Assembly: GCA_963769025.1 (NCBI GenBank)
Contig: CAVYKI010000009.1
Coordinates: forward strand, 1,056,001 to 1,120,000
Length of the DNA: 64,000 nt
Source: an uncultured Verrucomicrobiae bacterium
GTDB taxonomy: Bacteria > Verrucomicrobiota > Verrucomicrobiia > Chthoniobacterales > Chthoniobacteraceae
Reading direction: 5' to 3'
The notes beneath the pieces were generated by a model. That model worked only from the letters and a program-made list of their open reading frames with translations. It made no database searches and was not told the origin of the DNA. The translations under genes and the position numbers were made by a program. This document shows, in pieces, positions 1 through 12,259 of the stretch; positions within the stretch are counted from its first letter, which is position 1; each line of letters starts with the position of its first letter.

Positions 1-37
1 CCCGCCGACCTCTCCGCATTTTTCCCCAAATAGCACC

Positions 38-1147
38 ATGGCACGCCGAAAGAAATCCGACGCCGGAGGGATGAACATGGATTCCCTGATGGACACGCTG
101 ACGAATGTCGTCGGCGTGCTGATCATCATTCTGATCCTCGTGCAAATCAACGTGTCACGGGCCGTGAAGAAGATCGTCAGCGAACTGCCGCCGGTCACGA
201 TCGAGGAGCACGCGAAGCTGAAGGAGGCGGTGGCGGAGAAAGTGAAGATCCAGGAAGACTTGAAGACCGCACAGAAGGACGCGAAGCAGATCAACGAGCA
301 GCTTGAAAAAGCCAACGCGGAATATGCGATGCTCGACGAAGGCAAGCCGCGCGACGTGAAGATGGTGGACGTGGACACCTTGAAAAAGCAGCTCGAGACC
401 AAGGAAAAGGACCTCGCGGCGAAGAAGGCGGAGATGGCGAAGCTCCTCGCCGAACAGGAGCGGCTCCAGGCGCTGCTCGCGAGCACCCCCGCCCCGGTCC
501 AGGTGGCGCCCGTTCCGTCGAAGGTCGTGCGCATTCCGAACTCGCGGCCGGTGCCGGACAAGGCCAAGTTCAACCGGGTGATTGTCTCCGCCGGGCATCT
601 CTTCGTGCTCGACGTGGATGCGGCGGAGCGACTGGTGATGACGGAATTCAACCGGGCGAAACACACCCTCGAAGCGGCAAAGACAAAGGACGCAAAGGGC
701 AAGACCGTCACGACCTACGATCAGGACAAGGTGGTGAAATATTTTGCCGCGCGGCCGCTGTCGCTGCCCAACGCGACCATCACCATTCCCTACAACAAGA
801 CTTCGACCCGCCTCGTGATGAAGCTGATCGCCAAACCGGGGACCGGCGAGCCGGTCGAGTTTGCGAGCAGGCTCAATTCGCGGACCTACGCCATGCTGCG
901 CCAGGCGAAGAACAGCAACACCGTTGTCTGGTTCCACGTCGTGCGCGATTCGTTCGAGACGTATATCCGCGCCCGCGAGATCGTGGACTCGCTGGGGGTG
1001 CCGGCGGGCTGGGATGTGGCGTCCGAGCCCGCATTCTCACAGGCGCTTACCGAGTTCACGGTGACGCAGATGGAGCAGCCGCCCGCACCGGCGCCGGTCG
1101 ATCCGACCAAGCCGGTGATCCCGCAGCCGAAGAAGACGCTCGACTGA
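38..1147 (+). CDS. Membrane-anchored coiled-coil protein with ExbD/TolR-like N-terminal TM segment
   Basis: 369-aa ORF with basic N-terminus, MDSLMDTLTNVVGVLIIILILV TM helix containing Asp, long coiled coil and Pro-rich linker. Confidence 0.7.
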   Translation: MARRKKSDAGGMNMDSLMDTLTNVVGVLIIILILVQINVSRAVKKIVSELPPVTIEEHAKLKEAVAEKVKIQEDLKTAQKDAKQINEQLEKANAEYAMLDEGKPRDVKMVDVDTLKKQLETKEKDLAAKKAEMAKLLAEQERLQALLASTPAPVQVAPVPSKVVRIPNSRPVPDKAKFNRVIVSAGHLFVLDVDAAERLVMTEFNRAKHTLEAAKTKDAKGKTVTTYDQDKVVKYFAARPLSLPNATITIPYNKTSTRLVMKLIAKPGTGEPVEFASRLNSRTYAMLRQAKNSNTVVWFHVVRDSFETYIRAREIVDSLGVPAGWDVASEPAFSQALTEFTVTQMEQPPAPAPVDPTKPVIPQPKKTLD

Positions 1148-1299
1148 TTTCCGAGGGCCGTCGCCCGGGATCCTTCGGGATTGGCGCGAACGGCAAAGAA
1201 TGCGCGTCTGCCCTTGATCCGCAGATGCAGATCGGGAACCTTCTCGCGCGTTGCGCCGGCAAAGAGCGGCGCTTCACAACCAAACCAACCAAACCACCC

Positions 1300-1425
1300 A
1301 TGAAGAACCTGATCATCATCATCGTCGCGGCAGTTGCCATCGGCGTCAGCGGATGCTGTGCCTCGAAGAGCAGCTCCTGCGGCACCGACGCGTGCTGCGC
1401 GAGCACGCCCGCGAAGAAAAAGTAG
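1300..1425 (+). CDS. Small Cys-rich lipoprotein (41 aa)
   Basis: MKNLIIIIVAAVAIGVSG-CCASKSSSCGTDACCASTPAKKK; lipobox VSGC; A/C-rich leader; followed by terminator. Confidence 0.75.
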   Translation: MKNLIIIIVAAVAIGVSGCCASKSSSCGTDACCASTPAKKK

Positions 1426-1446
1426 CCGTCACAAACGGTCCAAAGC

Positions 1447-1482
1447 ACGGGGCGCGCTGGAAACGGCGCGCCCCGTTTTTTT
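1447..1482 (+). terminator. Rho-independent terminator
   Basis: ACGGGGCGCGC...GCGCGCCCCGT stem followed by a T tract. Confidence 0.85.
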
Positions 1483-1494
1483 GCGGAACGAGCG

Positions 1495-3054
1495 CTATCG
1501 CTGCACCATGTGCCGGGGAGGAACGGGAAACCGTTCCCGCAATTGCGAGAGCACCGGCCCGGGGAAAATGCCGAGGACGATCACCAGCACACCGAGCACC
1601 GTGATCGCCATGCGCGTGAGCGGCGTGACCTTGATCGGCGTGCTGTCCGTGGGCTCCTGCCAATACATCGCGGCGACGACGCGCAGGTAGTAGTAGAAGC
1701 CGGCCGCGACGGTGATGATGCCGATGGCGACGAGGAGCCATTGGCCGGCTGCGACGGCGGCGGCGAAGACGAGGAATTTCCCGAGGAAGCCGGCGGTGAA
1801 CGGGATGCCGGCGAGGCGAGAGCATCGCGAGAGCATGCCCGAACGCGAGGAACGGGCTGCGTTTGCCGAGGCCGTTGAAATGGCGGATGTCGTCGCCGCG
1901 GCTGTGGCGCGCCACGACGATGAGGATGAGGAAGCTGAGCAGCGTCATCAGCAGGTAGCCGGCGAGGTAGAAGGCGATGGCCTCCCGCGCGGCCGAGCCT
2001 TGTCGGCGGCAAAGTGACGCTGGCGACGGCGACGAGCAGATAGCCGGCGTGGGCGATGCTGGAGTAGGCGAGGAGGCGCTTGAGGTTGTCCTGCGGGAGC
2101 GCGGCGAGGTTGCCGTAGAGGAGTGTCGCGGCGGCGAGCAATGCGAGGACGGCTGAGCGACTTTTCCGCTCGACTGCCGGGACGGCGAGGAAGACATCGA
2201 GCACGCGGATGAGCACGACGAATCCGGCGGCCTTGCTGCCGACGCTGAGGAAGGCGGTGATCGGCGTCGGCGCGCCCTGATAGACATCGGGCACCCAGAG
2301 CTGGAACGGGGCGGCGGCGACCTTGAAGCCGAGCGCGATGAGAATGAGCACGACGCCGAAGAGCAGCGCGGCTCGTTTCCGATGAGGCCGCCGGCGGTGC
2401 TCAGATGATCGATGCTCGGCGCGGAGAAGCCGTTCATGAGCCGGGCTTTCACGAGCAGATTGGTCTCGCCGGTGAGGCCGAAGATCCAGGTGATGCCGTA
2501 GACGAGGAAGCCGGTGCTGAGCGCGCCGAGGATGAGGTATTTCACGCCGGCCTCGAGCGATGCGCGTCTGCCGGCGCATGTAGGCGACGAGCGACGTAGA
2601 AGCTGATGGTGACGAGTTCGAGCGAGACGAAGATGAGGATGAAATCCACGGCCGATGCCATGAACATGAGGCCCGCGCAGGTGAAGACGGGCAGGCAGTA
2701 GAATTCGCCGGTCCCGCCGCCCGGCCTCGGCACCGGGAATGAACCGCGCGAGGACATGCGCGATACTCCAGCGCCATCACGAGGACGACGATGGTCGTGA
2801 GCGAGCGCGATGCGCTTGAAGAACATCGCGATCGCATCGACCGCATAGACTGCCCAGTAGCTGCCCGCCTCGATGGACTCCGGTGCGGCCTTTGTGAAGA
2901 ACGACAAGCCGAGCACGGCGAGGAGGACGCCGATCGCATAGCGCGCCATGTGCGAGCGATCCGCGCGGCGGCTGAACGACTCGGCAAACAGCATGAGGAC
3001 GCCGAGGAGGAGGACGGTAATTTCGAGCGAGATGGCTGGGATGACTTGCTGCAT
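1495..3054 (-). CDS. nuoN: NADH-quinone oxidoreductase subunit N (multiple apparent frameshifts)
   Basis: Fragments in different frames: [56 protein letters not shown]. Confidence 0.9.
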
Positions 3055-3057
3055 GGC

Positions 3058-4559
3058 CTATTTCGCGATGAGTGCTTCGACGCTCGGCTGGATGAAACTC
3101 AGGTAGGAACGCGGCGCACATGCCGCCGATGAGCAGCGCGGCGAGCAGCAGGACCAACGGCCCAGCGCATCGCAGGCGCAGGCTCGGAAACCACAGCGGC
3201 GCCCTCGCCGGCTCACCCATGAAGATCTGCGCGGTAGGCGCGGAGCATATAGACGGCGGAGATGACCACGCCCCAGAGCGCGAAGATGGTGGCGAGCTGG
3301 AAGTGGCCGAAGCTGAGATGCCGGGCCGGCGCCGGCTTCGAAGGCGCCGAAGAAGACCATGAGTTCGCTGGCGAAGTTGGCGAAGCCGGGCAGGCCGATG
3401 CGAGGCGAAGGCCGCGATGCCGAAGGCGAAGCCGAGGAACGGCAGCGGCTTGGCGAGGCCGCCGAAGCTCGTCGAAGGCGAGCGTGCGGCGACGTCTGCG
3501 CGCAGCATGTCCGGCCATGGCGAAGAGCGCGGCGATGGAGAGGCCGTGCGCGAACATGAGCAGCGCCGCGCCGCTGAGGCCGACGACATTCAGCGCGGCG
3601 ATGCCGAGGAAGATGTAGCCCATGTGCATCACGCTCGAATAGCCGAGCATCGAGGTCGAGTCGCTTCTGCGCGATGGTGACGAGGCCGATGTAGAGGATG
3701 TTGCCGACGAGCAGGATGAGCAGCAGATTCGCCCACGCTTTCGCGCCTTCCGGCAGCAGCGGCACGGCGACGCGGATCAGACCGTAGAGGCCGAATTTTT
3801 TCAGCACGCCCGCGTGCAGCATCGCGGCGGGCGTGGGCGCGCAGGCGTAGGCGCTGGGCGCCCACGAGTGGAAGGGGAAGAGCGAGATGAGCATGCCGAA
3901 ACCGATGAGCAGCAAGATGTAGGGCCGGCCCTGCGCGGCCGCGGGAATCAGCCATTGGCGCGAGTGCTGGAGCATCGATGCCATGTCGAAGGTGCGCGAC
4001 GCTTCGGCGGATACGCGAGGTAGAGATTCGAGCAGGCCGATCAGCAGGATGAAGCTGCCGAGCCGCGAGATAGATGGTGATTTTCCACGCCGCCGCGTGG
4101 CGCTCGCCGCTGCCCCAGATGCCGATGAGCAGGAAGGTCGGGATGAGCGCGAGTTCGTGGAAGGCGTAGAAGAAGAAGAGATCCATGCGACGCAAACGCA
4201 CCCGCCGCGCCGGCGGCGATGAAGAGGAGGCAGGCGTAGAAGAGGCTCTCGCGCTTTTCGATCGCGCGGCGCGACCCAGACGGCGGCGAGCGTGACGAGC
4301 GCCGGTGAGCAGCAGCATGACGAGGCTGAGGCCATCCGCGCCGACGAGGTAGTTGAGCTCCCACTCCGGCACGACGGCGCCATGCGCACAGGAACTGGAA
4401 GCCGCCCTTCGCGCGGTCGTAGCCGAGGAAGGCGAACAGCGGTGAGGACGAGTTGCGCCCAAGCCGCGACCGAGCGCACGTCTTGCGCGCGGGCGCGCCG
4501 AGCAGGATGGCGAGCGCGGCGAGAATCGGCAGCAGGACGATGAGCGAGATGACGGTCAT
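3058..4559 (-). CDS. nuoM: NADH-quinone oxidoreductase subunit M (frameshifted)
   Basis: [59 protein letters not shown]. Confidence 0.9.
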
Positions 4560-4643
4560 CTATTCCTTGGAAGTGAAATGGACGATGGCGCCGACCACGG
4601 CCGCCACGGCAAGACCGATGAGAGCAAGAAAGGTGACGCTCAT
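4560..4643 (-). CDS. Putative 27-aa single-TM protein between nuoL and nuoM
   Basis: [30 protein letters not shown] overlaps the nuoL stop (ATGA) and its TAG abuts the nuoM ATG. Confidence 0.65.
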   Translation of the reverse strand: MSVTFLALIGLAVAAVVGAIVHFTSKE

Positions 4644-6486
4644 TTGAAGACGAGGAAGTAAACGAGCGCGACGACACCGAGGCCGAAGAGGAAGGCGTAG
4701 GCCTGGAGGTTGCCGACCTGGAGGAAGCGCAGGACGAAACCGCAGCCCCACGCCGCGCCGCTCAGGCCGCGCACGAACGAGGCCGTCGATGAGCCACTTG
4801 TCGACACCAGCGGCGATGAATCGCGAGGAGATCCTGCGTGCCGGCGATGAGCGCGGCGTAGAGTTCGTCGAAGTAGAACTTGTTCCGGAAGAGCGGGATG
4901 CGAGATCGGGCTCCTTTTCCGCGCCGGTGATAGAGCACCCAGCCGCCGGCCGTGCCCGCCGACGAACGCGGCAATCGCGAGCACCGGCACGACAGCGAAC
5001 TCGCGCCTTCGCCATGGTCGACGCGCGAACGCAGTGCGGCACGGCGCCGTAGCCGGCGATGATCGGAGAGGACTGCGAGGACGACGAGCGGGCCATGTCA
5101 TCTGCGACGGGGCCGTCGTGGCCGTGCTGCGCGCCTCGCGTCCGCGCCTTGCCGAGGAAGGCGACGACGAACAGGCGCGTCATGTAGAACGCGGTGAGGA
5201 ACGCGGTGACGCAGCGCCGAGGACGAAGATGCAGCTTGTCGCTGTTGCTAGGCGGCGAGGAGGATGGCGTCCTTCGAGAAGAAGCCGCTGAAGCCCGGGC
5301 AGCCCGATGAGCGCGAGCGTGCCGAGCGGCGAAGGTCACGGAAGGTCCACTGTGCATCGTCTTCGCGCAGGCCGCCCATCTTCCAGATGTCCTGCTCGTG
5401 GTGCAGCGCGTGGATGACCGCGCCGGCGCCGAGGAAGAGGAGCGCCTTGAAGAAGGCGTGCGTGAAGAGGTGGAACATCGCCGCGCCGGGCGCGGCGAGG
5501 CCGATGGCCATGACCATGTAGCCGAGCTGCGAGAGCGTGGAGTAGGCGAGGATGCGCTTGATGTCGTCCTGCTGCGTGGCCATGAGCGCGGCGAGGAGCG
5601 CGGTGATGGCGCCGATCCACGCGATGACGTCGCCTGCGCAGTCGGGCGACGCATCGATGAGGAACGCGACGCGCGCGAGCATGTAGACGCCGGCGGCGAC
5701 CATCGTCGCGGCATGGATGAGCGCGGAGACCGGCGTCGGGCCTTCCATCGCGTCGGGCAGCCAGACGTGCAGCGGAAACTGCGCGCTCTTTCCGACCGCG
5801 CCGCAGAAGATGAGCAGCACGGCGGCCGTGAGGAAGACCGGATTCTGAGCCAGCGCCGACATTGCTTCGCGCGCAATGTCCGTCGAAAACCACGGTGCCC
5901 GCGGTCGCTCCACACCATCAGGATGCCGAGCATGAAGCCGAAGTCGCCGATGCGATTGGTGAGGAACGCCTTGTTCGCCGCCTTGCCGCCGCGGCGTCGC
6001 GCGTGAACCAGTGGCCGATGAGCAGGTAGCAGCTGACGCCGACGAGTTCCCAGAAGATGAACATCATCGCGAAGTTGTCCGCGAGCACGATGCCGAGCAT
6101 CGAGAACATGAAGAGCGAGAGGTCGCCGAAGAAGCGCGCCTTCGCCTCGTCGTCGCTCCATGTAGACCGAGCGAGTAGATGATGCACGAGCACGCCGATG
6201 CCGGTGACGACGAGGAGCATCACCTTGCTCAAGTCGATCGATCGTCACGCCGATCGGCACGCTGGAAGGCCGGGCCGAAATCGATCCACGGCATCTCGCT
6301 TCGGACTTCCGGTCCGGCCCGAAGAACACGAAGATGCTGGCGAGCGAGCGAAGAACGCAGACGGCTCGCGACGGAGATCGTGGCGCTGAGGCCGCGCGAT
6401 TTGCGCGCGTGAAAAGCTGGATGAGCACCGCGCTGACCAGCGGACGCGAGAAGGATGAACCAGGGAAATAGTTTGGCGGTTTCCAT
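4640..6486 (-). CDS. nuoL: NADH-quinone oxidoreductase subunit L (frameshifted)
   Basis: [67 protein letters not shown]. Confidence 0.92.
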
Positions 6487-6492
6487 CCGGCG

Positions 6493-6818
6493 TTAAAATT
6501 TCAGCGAGTTGATGTCCTCGACGTGCGTCGTCTGCCGCGCGCGGAAGAGCGCGACGATGATGGCGAGGCCGACGGCGACCTCGGCGGCGGCGACGGTGAT
6601 GATGAAGAAGACGAGCACCTGCGCGTTGTAGTTCGGCAGGCCGTCCGGCGCCGACATTGAAGCGGGAGAACGCGACGAGCGAGAGGTTCGCGGCATTCAG
6701 CATCAGCTCCAGGCACATGAAGATGATGATGATGTTTCGCCGCAGCATCACGCCGGCGAAGCCGATGGCGAAGAGCAGGCCGCTGACGAGCAGGTAGTCG
6801 ATTGAGGGTCAGCGTCAT
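6493..6818 (-). CDS. nuoK: NADH-quinone oxidoreductase subunit K (frameshifted)
   Basis: [34 protein letters not shown]. Confidence 0.9.
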
Positions 6819-7338
6819 TTCAGTTCGCGCTTGGAAAGGACGACCACGCCGATGGTGGCGACGAGGATGAGGACGCCGATGACCTGGAAGGGCAGGTTGT
6901 GCGTGCGTGAAGAGCGTCGTCGCCGACTTTCGCGGACGTCATTCGACGATTCGCCTGCGGCCGATTCAGCGCCGGAAAAGGCTGGCTTGCCGCGCGGGAA
7001 TCGCCCGAGGACGAACCGAAGACCTGCGCGGCGAATATCGAGCGCCACCAGCGCCGCCCGCCGACGTAGCCGACGACGTTGAATTTCCGCCGCTGCCTCC
7101 GCCTTGAGATCGAGCAGCATGATGATGAACAGGAACAGCACCATCACCGCGCCGGCATAGACGAGCACCTGGATGACGCGCGATGAAGTAGGCATCGAGC
7201 CCGACGAAGAGCGCGGCGAGGCCGAGGAAGGAAACGACGAGGCTCAAGCGCGCTCGCGACCGGATTGCGGTTCACGACGACGGCGACGCCGAAGACGAGC
7301 GTCAGCGCGGCGAAGAGGTAGAAGAGGATCGGCGACAT
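6815..7338 (-). CDS. nuoJ: NADH-quinone oxidoreductase subunit J (frameshifted)
   Basis: NRNPVASAL; IQVLVYAGAVMVLFLFIIMLL; LPFQVIGVLILVATIG. Confidence 0.9.
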
Positions 7339-7342
7339 CAGG

Positions 7343-7879
7343 CTACTTCTTCGGATTCCACTTGTGCACGAGGCCGGTGAAGCACGCCGCCGAGCTCGTA
7401 GAGCTTGCTTCTTGTCGTGCACCATCTCGGCGCGGGTGATGCCGGTGATGGCGTAGTCTTTCCGCAGGAAGATCGCCTGCTCGGGGCAGACTTCCTCGCA
7501 CATGCCGCAGTAGATGCAGCGGATCATGTCGATCTCGAATTCCTGCGGGCGCTTCTCGACCTTGGCGAACTTGCTCTCCGGCGGGAATTTCCTCGGGCTT
7601 GATCGTGATCGCGCGCGGCGGGCAGATGAATTCGCAGAGCTGGCAGGCGACGCAGCGCTCGCGGCCGTGCTCGTCCGTCACGAGCGTCGGCGCGCCGCGG
7701 TAATGCTCGGGCAGCTGCGCGTCCCACTTCTCCTCGGGATACTGCATCGTCACCTTGGTCTCGCCCTGCGAGCATGCTCTTGAGATGCTTGAAGGTGATC
7801 GTCAAGCCCGGCGACGATGCTCGGCAGATAGATCTTCTCCTTCCAGGTCAGCTTCGGGACGTGGGACGACGTAGGCCAT
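7343..7879 (-). CDS. nuoI: NADH-quinone oxidoreductase subunit I (frameshifted)
   Basis: TMQYPEE, CVACQLCEFICP and CIYCGMCEEVCP 4Fe-4S motifs. Confidence 0.92.
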
Positions 7880-7885
7880 GGCGCG

Positions 7886-9067
7886 TTACTTGGTGAAAGC
7901 GAGGATGCCGGCGGTGAGGAAGATGTTCACGAGCGCGATTTCGAAAAGGTAGAGCCAGCCGAGCTTCATGAGCTGGTCGAAGCGGAAGCGCGGCAGCGTC
8001 CAGCGCACCCAGATGAAGAACGAGGAGCAGCGCGGCGACCTTGCGCGAAGAAGACGGTGATATTGACGAGGCCGCAGCAGCCAGTGCGGAAGTCGCGCAG
8101 GAATCGCGAGTCCGCCGTTGCCGTCGCCGTCGGGGATGACCGGGGATGTGCCAGCCGCCGAGGAAGAAGCACGACGATGAGCGCGCTGCCGGCGATCATC
8201 GCGGTGTATTCGCCGAGGAAGAAGAGCGCGAATTTCATCGAGCGAATACTCGGTGTGGTAGCCGGCGACGAGTTCGGTCTCGGACTCGGGCAAGATCGAA
8301 CGGCAGGCGGTTCGTCTCCGCGAACATCGAGATGGTGAAGATGACGAACGCGATGACGATCGGAATCCAGCAGCAGCCAGCTCGCGCAGGCTGAGGCCGG
8401 CCGTCCGTGAACGGCAGCGAGCAGCCAGCCGTTGTCGCGCCTGGTAATCGACGATGCGGCTCAGTCTGCGTCGATCCGCAGACGAGCAGCACCGGGCACG
8501 GCGCTCAGGCCCATGCAGAGCTCGTAGCTGATCATCTGCGAGCGTGCTGCGGATGCCGCCGAGGAAGGGATACTTCGAGTTCGACGACCAGCCCGCGAGC
8601 ACGATGCCGTAGACGCCGACGCTCGAGATCGCGAAGATGAAGAGCAGCGCCGACATTGATGTCCGCGATGACCATCTTCTCGCCGAAGAAGCTCGCTGCC
8701 AAACGGGATCGCCGCGAGCGTGACGAGCGCCGGCATCATCGCGAGCACGGGCGCGAGCCAGAAGTAGAACTTGTTGACGTGCGCCGGGCGTGAAGTCCTC
8801 CTTCAGCAGGAACTTCACCGCGTCCGCGATCGGCTGGCCGAGGCCGCCGAGGAAGGGCGAGAAGTCCTTCTTGAAGCCGAGCAGCGTCAGCGGGAAGCCG
8901 GTGCGGTTCGGGCCCGACGCGATCCTGGATGAGCGCGCTGACGCGGCGCTCGGCATAGACCGTGTAGCTGACCATCGGCAGCACCACGAGGAAGATGAGG
9001 AAGATCGTCTTGCCGAGCGAGGTGCGAGTCAGAACCCACGGGATCGGAGGCGAGTGAGGAAGTCCAT
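7886..9067 (-). CDS. nuoH: NADH-quinone oxidoreductase subunit H (frameshifted)
   Basis: AERRVSALIQDRVGP, GQPIADAVKFLLKE, GWSSNSKYPFLGG, AETNRLPFDL, WVRWTLPRFRFDQLM. Confidence 0.92.
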
Positions 9068-9070
9068 CGG

Positions 9071-10781
9071 TTACAGAACGGACAGTGCTCGGCGCGGCCT
9101 CGGTGCTTCGCGGCGGATGCCTTCTCGCGGTTGACTCAGGTCCACGCCGAGGTCGCCGATGCTTGCTCAGGCTGAGGCCGGCGAAGTCGGGTGTCGTCGG
9201 CGGCCATCGCTTTGAAGACGTCCTCGATGCATGTAGCAGGCCGTTCGAGCCGCTGACGGCGAGGATGAGGTCGCGCAGGATTTCCCAGTCGTCGCGCGCT
9301 TCGCCGGGCGCGATCGACCGCCGGTTCAGGCGCTGGAGGCGGCCCTTCGAGTTGATCATCGAGCCGCGCTTTTCGCACCACGCGCTGGCGGGCAGGACGA
9401 CGCGCGCGCTTGGCCGTCGTCTTGTTCGGCAGGATGTCGAGCGCGACGATCGCATCGAGCTTCGCGAGATCGTCGTCGGTGAGGCCGGCCTTCGTGAGCA
9501 TCTTCGCCGAGCGCGAGCAGCGCGTTGATGCTCCCGCCGCGGACTCCCGCGACGATTCTTCAGCCGAGCTTTCCGGTCGCGACGTCCGAGCAGCTTCGCG
9601 CCGGTCGTGTTCGGATTGCGATCCGCGGCGATGAGCAGGCCGTCCGCCTCGCCGGTGCGCGGCAGGATGTCGCACTGCCTTCGCCTTCAGCGCATCCGCG
9701 AGGCGGCGCGCGAGGAAGAGTTCCTCATTGGTCGCGCGCCCGCTCGCGATCACCGCGACTGTTGCCGCGTGTGCTTCTTCAGCGATCTCCGCGGCGATGG
9801 CGATGGCCTGCGTCCAGTCGGACTTCGTCTCGCCGGCCTGCGGACGGATTTCCGGCTGCGTCAGACGGCGCCTCGTCGCCGACGTATTTGAAATTCAGCC
9901 GGTGCGAATCCGGCAGCCAGACGCCGTTCACGTCGTTGTTCTCGCGCGGCGTGATGCGGTAGATGACGTTCTCGCGCGCGCCGATGGTGATGTTGCGCCG
10001 GTGCCGCAGTTCACGTCGATCGTCTTGGTTTCCTTGCAGGAACCAGACGCGCATCTTGAAGCGGAAATCCGTCGAGGTCAGCGCGCCGACCGGGCAGATG
10101 TCGACGGTGTTGAGCGAGTAGTTGTTGTCGAGCATGCGGTCCGGATGGCAGGCGATGCGTGTTGAAGCTGCCGCGATCGACGATGCCGAGCACGTCGTCG
10201 TCCGCGACCTCCTTCATGAAGCGGATGCAGCGCGTGCAAAGGATGCAGCGCTCGGCGTCGAGCGTGACGCGCGGCCCGAGTTCGACGTTCTTCGGCTTCT
10301 TGACCTTGTGCTCGAGGAAGCGCGAATTCGCCGTTGCCGTACTCGACGGAGAATTCCTGCAGCCGGCACTCGCCCGCCTGGTCGCAGATCGGGCAGTCGA
10401 GCGGATGATTGATGAGCAGGAACTCCATCACGCCCTTGCGGCACTCCTGCACCATCGGCGAGTCCGTGCGGATGCCCATGCCCTCGCTCACGTCCTGCGC
10501 GCAGGAAATCTGCGGCCGCGGAATCCAGCGCGATCTCCGGCTTGCCGTCCGCGCCGAGCACCGGCTTGCGGTCGGGCGTCATCTTCGGCATGCCCATTTC
10601 GACGAGGCACATGCGGCAGTTGCCGGGCGAGGAGAGCTTCGGGTGGTAGCAGTAATGCGGGATGAATTTCCCCGCCTGCGTGCAGGCCTCGATCACGCGC
10701 GTGCCTTTCGGAAATTGCATGCCAGACGCCGTCGATCTGGACGTTGACCATCTGCACGGGAGCGGCGGTTTCGGTGCTCAT
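9071..10781 (-). CDS. nuoG: NADH-quinone oxidoreductase subunit G (frameshifted; 3' end approximate)
   Basis: [66 protein letters not shown]. Confidence 0.9.
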
Positions 10782-10787
10782 CGGAAA

Positions 10788-12259
10788 TTAGCGCGTCGCT
10801 GCCTCCGCCATGATTTCCTGCCGAGTTCCCGCGCGGTGCCGGCACGGTTTCGATCTTCGCGATTCTTTTCCAGTTCGTCGGAGTTGTATTCCGGCGGCAT
10901 CGGCGGCGGGACGTGGCTTCTGCGCGACTTGCCGGTGAACTCGTCGCGGAACTTCGCGACGAAGCTCTGCATCGGCCACGAGCAGGCTTCGCCAAAGGCG
11001 CAGATCGTCTTGCCGGCGATGTTGTCGGCGACGTTCTTGAGCGTCTCGGGATCCTTCTCGGTGCCGCCGCCGGCGACGATGCGGTCGGTGATCTTCTTCA
11101 TCCACAGCGCGCCTTCGCGGCACGGCGTGCACTGGCCGCAGCTCTCGTGGGCGTAGAATTCGTTGATGTTGTTCAGCGTCCCAGACCATGTCGCGCGAGT
11201 CGTCCATCACGATCACGCCGCCGCGAGCCGGCCATCGAGCCGCACGCCGCGAGCGTGTCGAAATCCATCGGGATGTCTTCGAGCGCCGATCTCGCGATCC
11301 TTGAGCTTGTAACGTCTCGCCCGCCTTCAGCACCTTCGCCGAGGAGCCGCCGGGGATGACGGCCTTCAGCTTGCGCCCGGGCTTCAAGCCGCCGCAGATG
11401 TCGTTGATGAGTTCGCCCATCGTGACGCTGCCGACTTCCACCTCGTAATAGCCGGGCTTCTGCACGTCGCCGCTCACGCAGAGGATGCGCGTGCCGGTGT
11501 TGTTCGGCTTGCCGAGCTTCGCGTATTCGCGCCGCCGCCCATGCGCGATGATGTGCTTCACGTCGCAGAGCGTCTCGACGTTGTTCACGATCGTCGGGCA
11601 CTGGTAGAGGCCGAGCACGGCGGGGAAATACGGCGGCTTGATGCGCGGATAGGCGCGCTTGCCTTCGAGCGATTCGATGAGGCCGGTCTCCTCGCCGCAG
11701 ATGTAGGCGCCCGCGCCGCGATGCACGTAGATCTCGCAGTCGAAGCCGGTGCCGAGGATGTTCTTGCCGAGGAAATTTTTCGCCCGCGCCTCCGCGAGCG
11801 CCTTCTCCAGGATCTGCGCGCCCTCGGGGAATTCGCCGCGGATGTAGATGTAGGCGAGGTTCGCACCGACCGCGAAGCACGAGATGATCATGCCCTCGAT
11901 GAGCTGATGCGGATCCTGATGGATGATGTAGCGATCCTTGAACGTGCCCGGCTCCGACTCGTCCGCGTTGCAGATGAGATAGGTCGGCTTCGGCCCGCCG
12001 CGCTTGATGAAGCCCCACTTCACGCCGCACGGAAAACCCGCGCCGCCGCGCCCGCGCAGGCCGCGACTTCTTCACCTCATCGATGATCTCCTCCGGCTTC
12101 ATCGTCGAGCGCCTTCTTCAGCTCCTCGTAGCCGCCGTCCTGCAGGTAGCACTCGATGTCGTTCGTCCAGCCCTCGCGGTCGATGTTCTTGAAAACGATC
12201 CGCTTCTCGCGCGGATGCGGCGGCAGCACCTTCGGCAGCGTCGCGTCGCTCTTCGTCAC
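10788..12259 (-). CDS. nuoF: NADH-quinone oxidoreductase subunit F (frameshifted; may be fused to NuoE)
   Basis: YLICNADESEPGTFKDR, GAGAYICGEETGLIESLEG, PTIVNNVETL, TICAFGEA. Confidence 0.92.
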
